Shown piece by piece: positions 54,850 through 64,000 of a DNA stretch of 64,000 nucleotides. This DNA comes from Octopus sinensis. Taxonomy: Eukaryota. The number at the start of each line of letters is the position of its first letter. Positions within the stretch are counted from its first letter, which is position 1. The stretch is taken from NCBI RefSeq assembly GCF_006345805.1, contig NC_043006.1, forward strand, positions 10,788,001 to 10,852,000, in the 5' to 3' direction. Position numbers and translations under genes: made by a program. The notes under the pieces are model-generated. The model worked only from the letters and a program-made list of their open reading frames with translations. It did no database searches and was not told the origin of the DNA.

Positions 54850-56001
54850 TTATTTTATTGACTCCAAAGAAATAAAAGACAACGTCAATCTCAGTGGAAT
54901 GTGAGCTCAGAACGTATAACCGTTTGAAATGCTGCTGACCATTCTGTCTAGCGTGCTAACCATTCTGTCAGCTCGACGCCTTAATAATAATAATAATAAT
55001 AATCCTTTCTTCAATAAATACAAGGCTTGAAATATTTGTGGAATGATCCCAATCGATAACATCAACCGAAGTATTTTATCAACCCCGAAAGGCTGAAAGA
55101 CAGACTCGACCTCGGTGGAATTTGAATTCAGAACGTAAAAGAGAGACAAAATGCCATTCAGGATTTTTTTTCTAGCTTGCCTTTTCGTCACTTTCTGCTT
55201 CATTTAACGGTTAGTACACTCCTTTAACTCTATGATTACTACAAAAAATTATTCCTAGCACATTACACTAGTAGTTAATTGCAGAGGGAGTTAAAAGTGC
55301 AATTTTAAGTATTTTGCGAATGAAAAAAAACCCAATTCATTCGGAGGATAAATATATATAGCTTATGTCTTTCAGTTCCTGATGCCCTAGAGGATTAAGG
55401 AGTAATTAAGAACTCGTTTCAACTAAATGATGTGTTAAATAGCTTTTTTATATCACGTTACGAACTTTTCAAATAAGAGGAGTAGAGAAAATTAAAAGCA
55501 GGATAGAAAGATAAGGTGACGTATAAACGATTTATTGAATAGCAGGAGCCTGCAAATTCGAGCTTCGAGCTCGAAGAATTAGTAAGACAAGTTGCATTAA
55601 AGAATCATGTTAAGCTTAATGGTTCGATCAGAATTGTCTTTTTTATATCCTAACTTAATTATATAAATTTAGTTTCCAACTAAGCTTTCTTTCTGATTTG
55701 CCAGTAAATATAAAATTCCTGAAATGTCATTAGAAATAATAAATTCTGCAAACAAAAAAACCATTTAGGAGTCGACTCTCGTTTCATTTATTTTGTGTCT
55801 TTCTTTTGTTTTTGTTTTATTTTTGTTTGCCTGTAAATACCAAATATATGGCAATGTGCTGCAAGTGTAGTGAGGAAAGAACAGTGGAATCGTTTGAAAG
55901 AAAGCATGATTTTATTACACTACACTTGTAATGTACTGCGAAAGAAAGAGTCAGAATCGCTAGTGGAGAATCGGGTTTAGACAATACACGATGAATAGTA
56001 T

Positions 56002-56600
56002 AGGCGGCGAACTTACAGAAACGTTAGTGCGCCGGGCGAAATGCTTAGCGGTATTTCGTCTGTCGTTACGTTGTGAGTTCAAATTCCGCCGAGGTCGACT
56101 TGGGCCTTTCATCCTTTCGGGGTCGATAAATAAAGCACCTGTTTCGCACTGGGGCCGATGTAATCGACTTAATCCGTTTGTCTGTCCTTGTTTGTCCCCT
56201 TTGTGTTTAGACCCTTGTGGGTAATAAAGAAATAGGTATTTCGTCTGACGTTACGTTCTGAGTTCAAATTCCGCCGAGGTCGACGTGGGCCTCTCATCCT
56301 TTCGGGGTCGATAAATAAAGCACCTGTTTCGCACTGGGGCCGATGTAATCGACTTAATCCCTTTGTCTGTCTCTGTTGGTCCCCTCTGTGTTTAGCCCCT
56401 TGTGGGTAATAAAAAAACAGGTATTTCGTCTGTCGCAACGTTCTGAGTTCAAATTCCGCCGAGGTCGACTTTGCCTTTCATCCTTTTGAGGTCGATAAAT
56501 AAAGTACCAGTTTCGCACTGGGGTCGAAATAATCGACTTAATCCGCTTGCCTGTCCTTGTTTGTCTCCTCTATGTTTGGCCCCTTGTGGGTAGTAAAGAA
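56002..56600 (+). mobile_element. SINE family A trimer (one head + three 185-bp bodies)
   Basis: GGTATTTCGTCTG at 56050, 56235, 56420; single TSD AATACAC(G/A)ATGAATAGT at 55983 and 56605. Confidence 0.92.
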
Positions 56601-57182
56601 TTTGAATACACAATGAATAGTTTGGTTTTTATCTTCACACACACACACACACACACACACACGTATATGTACGTGTATTTCTATGTGCGTTTCACATATT
56701 CGTATAATCTTGTGTTATATTTAAGGAAAAAAAAGGTACTTCTCCTCGCAGAGCTTTCATACTTCGGGCAACTGAATCTTTAAGAGCAATAATAGAAGAG
56801 TTAGACAGTAAAAAAATATTCTTTGCTCTATTCCACTTCTTTATTCTTTGATTTCAAATCCAGTTGGCGTCTACTTTATTTTCATCCAGATACTATAAAA
56901 TACGGTCGCCGTTAAGTCGATTATATCCATAATTCGCCTTACCTCAAAACTTTTGGGTTTAAATTAAAATTATAATGTTTTACTGTTGGCTACGACTAAG
57001 ACATTAAGTGTGTATCCTAGTGTTGGCCTTTGACATGATGTCTAGCTAATATAATTCTTCTAAAGATGAGATTTTGCGAAATGTTATCTGGAAGTGAATT
57101 TCGTCCATATATTTAAATAAGGTATTTTCCCTATATACTTTGTGATAGGTGGATACTTTCAAATTCTTCATTATAAAAATAA

Positions 57183-57233
<51 letters not shown>

Positions 57234-57330
57234 GTATGTAGTATGTATGTATGTATGTATGTATGTATGTATGTATGTATGTGTGTGTGTGTATGTATGT
57301 ATGTATGTATGTATGTATGTATGTATGTAT

Positions 57331-58342
57331 GTGGAAAAAGAATCAAGGTAGAAAATGATAAAATAAGTTTATAAAAAACATTTCAGTACCGGTTTCTGTC
57401 ATTGAAACTTTTTCAAGTGTAAATATGGAAAACAATTAAAGTTGATCCCTGAATTAAATTGACGCATATTCCACAGTTGGGTCTTACGCATTTTTTTACT
57501 GATGGCTTCAGTTGAGCGTATTCGGGCTTGTTAGTTAGTTAGTTAGTTAATTTTTTGGCTCAAAAAGCAAAAAGCAAGGCCATGTAGGGGGACATGGGGT
57601 TATGTACAGGGTGGTGTTCATGTAAAGAGTTCAGACCACTTGAGGTCAAGGGAGACTTTGAACCGAGCGGTCGTCGGCATCTTCACCATCTCGTCTGGCA
57701 GCTTATTCCACGGATCCGCAACCCGGACGGAGAAAGCCCCTCTCCTTCGATTGAGATGAAATCGTCGCAGGTAGAGCTTTTCGGATTGACCCCGCAGCCG
57801 ACGCTCTGGAGCAGGAGTGAAGAACAGCTCTTTCGAGAGGTTACACTTAGGAAAATTTTTATAGATTTGGGCTGTCTCTTGCTTTTTATGATGGTGTGTG
57901 TTTGGAGGATTAAGTACATTCTGTGGTCCTTTTTAGCAGGATGATGTTTTCCAGGATGATGCCGAAGGCTTCATTTTTAAGAGGGTTGTGTGTGATGTAA
58001 GGTAGGGCTTTTGGTTCTAAATCTTTCTTTAATTTGGGATGTCTGAGTTCGTAGATGTTGAGTTGTAGGGCACGTTGAAAGCATGTGTCAATTAGTGAAG
58101 GTTGGTAGTGCCTGGTGATGAGTGTATCGTTTAATTCATGCAGTCGTGCGTCCCTGGTCCTTGCATTAGAATCTATAGTGTATATCCTTTTTGCTAGGTT
58201 GAAGGGGTTATTCATTCTGGTGTGCCTGGGGTGGCATGAGTTGAACAGTAGAGACTGCTTAGAGTATATATCTGCTTCTAACCGGTACTCAAATGTTTTT
58301 TATAAAATTATTTCAGCATTTTTTACCTTGACTTTTTTCTAC
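57331..58342 (-). mobile_element. Penelope-like element fragment (Neptune-type) with inverted ~63-bp termini, interrupted by CR1
   Basis: [49 protein letters not shown], and after the CR1 insert KKCVRPNCGICVNLIQG (Cys linker); 57331-57394 is the reverse complement of 58280-58342. Confidence 0.85.
57529..57847 (-). mobile_element. CR1-type LINE 3' end inserted in the Penelope ORF
   Basis: Homologous to 5488-5805; TTAG at both junctions. Confidence 0.9.
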
Positions 58343-58384
58343 ATATATATATATATCAACTCGTGTGTTCCTTTTCAACCTTCT

Positions 58385-58497
<113 letters not shown>

Positions 58498-58515
58498 GAT
58501 GCATGTGTGTTCTTA

Positions 58516-58561
<46 letters not shown>

Positions 58562-60897
58562 ATATTCATTAAACATATTCCAGTGCAGTATTAAACAATC
58601 CTACAAATTTGTTATATTAGCGTCGCTTGAAAATCAGAATAACAACATTATAATAATTCAATCTAACAATTCATTCAGTTCTCTCTTAAGCGTAGATATA
58701 ATTCCTAGCTACAAGTTTGTGGAATAATTTAGTACTCCATTAGTATGTGTAATTAGTATGATATATAATCACAAGTCTCTTTCACTGAAAAAACATATTT
58801 CACTTCTCACGATGTTAATAAACCTTTGCAAACTGATTGTATATACCCAAAACAACTTTCTTTTCACCATAAGCTATTCATTCAAACTTACTTATCTCTC
58901 GTTACTGTTCACTTGCCTTAAGCCACTTGTGTATATAATAATAACGGTCCACTACAATTATTTGATTCTATGTTCCCAACGTCTTAAATAAAATGGGTTT
59001 CATGAAGTGAATTCCTGCAACACTGGAAGTAATTTCTTTTTCTCTAATATAGACTTTACATTTTGTGGAATTTTTTAGCAGTTTCATTTTGTCGTATTTT
59101 GTATAAATGTAGATATTTAATGTCGTTACTCTGATTTTCAGACGATACAAATATGCGATAAATTCTTATATTTCATTAGAAATGTTATTCGACTCTATAT
59201 ACTTGTGTGCGCATGTGTGTGTGCGCGTCTGTGTGGTACAATTCCTAGACCGCGTGGTGCGTTGGTTTTCTTGAGCAGGTCGCTTCATCTCAGGTCGCTC
59301 TGCGATCACTTCGATACCTGACGCTTAGTACACCTGTCATTTCTATACCTGACGCTTAGTACACCTGTTCTTCTTTCTCTATTCTAGAAATTACTGGTAC
59401 TTCATATATATAAAAACAATCTTTACACATGGCTAGAAGTATATTGAGTTCTTCATAACCAGCTGATCTAGCAAGCGGGGCCTCATATCAGGGCGGTGCG
59501 CATTGATGCCGTCGAGAGGTAGGCCCCGAAACGGCGCGCATTCTCTCCTGATGACCCCATACACTTGCTAGCTTCCGGTATACGGAGATTTTAACTGGTA
59601 GCATTTGCATGTGCAAGTTGTTTGCAAGACATTTATATATTCTGATATTTGTTTAAAACAAATAAATAGATATAACATAATGTCTAACAGTTGATGTATA
59701 CCACTCCATTTTCTTCTTGGCGTATAAATTAAGGGTAAAAACCACATTTTAGTCTCGCCCATTTATTACGCTCAGTAGGGTAACTGCAATACAACACTGC
59801 CACACAACACTCGGTTCAGGAATATGGAATGTGGCAGTGCCGTACCTATTATGTTTAGTCGAAATCGAAGAGAAGAAATGCGGGCCTGGGGGAGTTAGTC
59901 AATTGAATCCAATCGCCTAAATGGAGAAGGAACTATTTGTATTACCATGGTAATGTGGAAATGCTCGGAAAAGAATATAGAAACAAAATAAACAGAAATT
60001 TTGTAGTAATAGCCAAAGAATGCCGACTTGAAGCAGGTGTTCCTTTTACATTTTAGCAGTATTTCATTTAATTTATATGATGTAACATTTTAAGACCAGG
60101 AAATACAAATTAATCTTCACCTCGTGGTTTTGCAGGAAGTTAAAGTTCTCCTAAAGCAGAGAGTCCCCTAACTCAATCATCTGATTAATCGCATGAATCT
60201 AATGCACATTCTGGAAACTTCTAATACGACTAAAAGCAAATCAACTGACAGCGCGTGGGCATCAATGTTTAGTGGTCCATCTAATTTAACTTGCAATTTA
60301 TGAAATTTATTAAAATCCCTAACATCACATTAATTTATAGTTATTTTTGGTTAACATACCCTACCCCACTAAAAGTCATTTTTAATAAATAAATTATAAG
60401 GTATAATACATGAACGTTTCTAAATATATATAATTCCCAGAAAGTACCAATTCCAAGTGTTGGTATTTTAACCGGGGGTAAAACGTTATCGATCAGACTT
60501 TCCAACAGAACAAGGGCATTCCATCCCTCACAACCCGATATTTTAAAGGAAGATGCCTCGGTCTACATTATCTAAAGAGGGTTTTTTTTTATCTAAAGGG
60601 GGTTGGATATATAGAACTTCTAATACAAGAACATCGGGTAATCGCATAGATCGCTCTAGGTTGTTATCTAAATCAATAATGGTATATTTTTATGAATTGT
60701 TACAGATTCTGTATGAAAAACACCGTTACTTGTAATGCAATTGTATTGTTTTTCTCTAAATGTTTTGTAAGCGAGAAATACTATCACTCAGTATCTAGTT
60801 TCACAGTTACTCACTATTTCAACGCTTACGAAAACTGCCCACACATTCCTTACACAACATCTTTAATCTGCACCCTAAACATTAAGAGCTGTCCACA

Positions 60898-61267
60898 TCT
60901 CTTTATATATAAATGGCAAAATGTGTTTGTCTGTGTGTGTGTCCTTTATACAAATCCACAACTTTTCAGTTAGAGAGCTCGCACTTTCTTTGGTCATTCA
61001 AGACAATCCAAGGGTGGTCGAGCATATCTTTACATTTCCCCAGTCACCCCACAAAGCCATTAAAAAATCAATAGAAATGACTTATTTGTGAATTTTCTAT
61101 CCAAAACCCAATCAAAATGCCCGAAACTTGATACGCCAATTGAATGCCAGCTAGCTGTATGTGATTGGTCGGAGATTTGGACAGCACTTGCGTGTATGTG
61201 CGCACGCACGCAGCTGTATATGCATGCGCTAGCACTATGACCCGGCAACGCCGGGTCATAGTGCTAG
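60898..61267 (+). mobile_element. Non-autonomous Helitron (second family)
   Basis: A|TCTCTTTATATATAAA start; ends GACCCGGCAACGCCGGGTCATAGTGCTAG|T. Confidence 0.88.
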
Positions 61268-62372
61268 TTTACCTATATGATGCCACGTGTTGCAACGTTC
61301 TTCATCTATCTCCAGCCCCAGTATCGGTGTAATCCTATCACAACGTTGTACCTACATTCGCTCCACATGTTTTACTTATTTACGGACAAAGACGCCATCT
61401 TTAACTTTTCTTGAAGTCGAGGATTTTTGTAATCATTCATTCACCACCAATCAATTGTACACAGGTTTTCTATATTCCTTTCTGTCATACTTGAACCTGT
61501 GAGCTTGTCCCGCTGCACTTTACTCTACATGCTATTCTCAATCGTAAATATGTCTAACTTTCAGCTTCTGCATTTTATCTTGCTGTGTCGCATAATTTAT
61601 ATTCAAATTTGCGTACATCCCTCCATGGTTATATTTATGTCCCGAGGTAATTTACCAACCTAATGTTTTGTACTTTTTTATTTCCACCATCTCTTAATTA
61701 GCATCTATGTTCTTCAATATGTTCACGTTTGCCAGTTTCTTTTTTGTTATAATTTCCCACCACTTGCAACAATTAATTTTCAACAACACCGCTGTTCAAG
61801 TCCCTTTACGCTTGCTAGTTCACACTTATATATCTCATTTTGCATATCTCTATTCCTACGTTTCGACTATCTGTGAACTCCTAAATGTACTCTTTATATC
61901 GTAAGCTACTGCATGCAGAGCTGCTAGATTTTTGCATAATATCTGAAGTTGTTTTATATTTTTCATCAAATATAAATGTTTGCTCATAGTGCTGTAATTG
62001 CTTCACAGTCTTTGCATTTTGCTCGTGTATAATTTATTCTTTTGCACTTTTATAGTTTTGCACTTTGCAACACTTGTATGAGATTCTGATGTAGCTTTTA
62101 TCTGATAATCGCAATTGTATGCATGCGCTATGTTCATGCAGGTATTGGTGTGTAAGTATATGCGTACGTACCTTTATGTGTTCATCCGCATACACACACA
62201 CATGCATATATGATATGTGTGTGCACACTTTATATGCATGCTTATAAATGCGTAATTGCAGGCATATTTGTGTATATACATGTATGTGTTTGTATTAGCG
62301 TGTGAATGTGGTATAAATGGACTAAATTTATATATAGGAATATGAATGTGCATCTGAAGATATGCATAGAAT

Positions 62373-62443
<71 letters not shown>

Positions 62444-62618
62444 TATATATATATATATATATATACATAGGTATACTTATACGTCTTTATATAAATTTGC
62501 ATGTGTATGTGTTCATACGGATCATACACACACACACACACATATAAGCGCGTGTGAGCATGTGTATGTATGAGTGTATATATTTGTAGTTATGCCTCCT
62601 ATCAGAAGATACTCCCTC

Positions 62619-62651
<33 letters not shown>

Positions 62652-63104
62652 ACACGATATACTAATACTGATATAGATCAGCAAGTAAAAATATATCCCT
62701 GCCACTACCCGTTCATGAAAAAAGCTATCACATTAGAAGATTAATGGCGTTTATTTCGATGAAATTCGATAAAAATGTTCTTTGAAATTTAATTCTTGCC
62801 TTAACAAACTGATTCCTGTCTCCTCCAAACTTCTCTGTCACCGTTACTTTTCTTATCGTGTCCAACCGCTCATTTAACATGTGCACACACCCCTTTCTCT
62901 TCCCCGCCTACTTCTCTTACTTTATGCAGTTTCTTATTCATTGAGGTGTGTTTATATGTTTATATATATTTATGTATATACACTTAAATACTTTTGAGAA
63001 TTATCTTAGAATTGGATTTTTGCATCCTGTTTTTTTTTGTTCTTGTTCATGCACGTTTATTCCTCGATTTCATTCGTTATAGTTTCAATACTTCGTTTAC
63101 CTAA

Positions 63105-63497
63105 TCTTCTTCTTCTTCTTCTTCTTTTCTCTTCTTCTTCTTCTTCTTTTCTTCTTCTCCTCCTCCTCCTCCTCTTCTTCTTCTTCTTCTTCTTCTTCCC
63201 CTTCTTCTTCTTCCCCTTCTTCTTCTTCTTCTTCTTCTCCTTCTTCTTCTTCCCCTTCTTCTTCTTCCCCTTCTTTTCTTCTCTCTTCCTCTTCTTCTTC
63301 CTTCTTTTCCTTCTTCTTTTCTTTCATCTTCTTCTTCTTCCCCTTCTTCTTCTTTTTTCCCTTCTTCTTCTTTTCTTCTTCCTTTTTCTTCTTCTTCTTC
63401 TTCTTCTTCTTCTTCTTTTCCTTCTTCTTCTTCTTCTTCTTCTTCTTCTTCTTCTTCTTCTTCTTCTTCTTCTTCTTCTTCTTCTTCTTCTTCTTCT
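63105..63497. repeat. Long (CTT)n polypyrimidine tract
   Basis: Direct reading. Confidence 0.95.
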
Positions 63498-63616
63498 AAT
63501 GCTACTACTTTTCTTGTCTTTTTTGCTTTCGACGTCCTCACCACTATATTTTTTTCTTCCTCTTTGTCTCCTTAATCTCCTCCTCTAACTCTTTCACTTC
63601 TAATACTATTGAGGCT

Positions 63617-63985
63617 ATTAGCAGGCTGGGCGTAAAGGCCTAGCGGTATTTCGTCTGCGGTTACGTTCTGCGTTCAAATTCCGCCGAGGTCGACTTTGCC
63701 TTTCATCCTTTCGGGGTCGATTAAATAAGTACTAGTTACGCACAGGGGTCGATGTAATCGACTTAAATCCCTTTGTCTGTCCTTGTTTGTCCTCTCTGTG
63801 TTTAGCCCCTTGTGGGTAGTAAAGAAACAGGTATTTTGTCTGCCGCTACGTTCTGAGTTCAAATTCCACCGAGGTCGACTTTGCCTTTCATCCTTTCCGG
63901 GTCGATAAATTGAGTACTAGTTACGCACTGGGGTCGATCAAATCGAGTGGTTGCCTCCCCAAAGATTTGGGGCCTTGAAATTGAG
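63617..63985 (+). mobile_element. SINE family A dimer
   Basis: Two bodies starting GGTATTT at ~63645 and ~63830. Confidence 0.85.
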
Positions 63986-64000
63986 AGTGACTGTGAAATT

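Noticed and set aside
59312-59368. 24-bp direct repeat ATACCTGACGCTTAGTACACCTGT x2
   Set aside because: A simple local duplication within a decayed SINE-like fragment.
61280-62050. Strand-biased segment suggestive of a decayed minus-strand ORF; similar cases at 24920-25480 and 29020-29350
   Set aside because: I could not recover any diagnostic protein motif by eye; a translated profile search is needed.

Overview
Eukaryotic, AT-rich, microsatellite-saturated non-genic DNA. The repeat repertoire looks like octopus/cephalopod DNA; that is inferred from remembered SINE families and is not verified. I found no intact host gene, convincing exon, tRNA gene or full rRNA gene, and almost all listed ORFs are translations of simple repeats. 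The window is a layered record of mobile elements: a decayed R4/Dong-type RLE retrotransposon tied to (TAA)n, four near-identical 5'-truncated CR1-type LINE ends with (TAAC)n tails, a Neptune-type Penelope-like element with inverted termini, at least four tRNA-derived SINE families, four non-autonomous Helitrons, several mariner/Tc1 relics, foldback MITEs and a 1.2-kb tandem duplication. The most interesting signals are: (1) a 58-nt piece of the 28S rRNA peptidyl-transferase loop trapped at the axis of an inverted repeat; (2) an ORF1-only (zinc-knuckle, no RT) poly(A) retro-insert with a 19-bp TSD inside a SINE's tRNA head; (3) a GC-rich ~100-nt hairpin containing hammerhead core parts in non-canonical order; (4) SINE concatemers flanked by a single TSD; (5) an 818-bp foldback carrying telomeric repeats. 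All coordinates were read by eye and may be off by a few bases.
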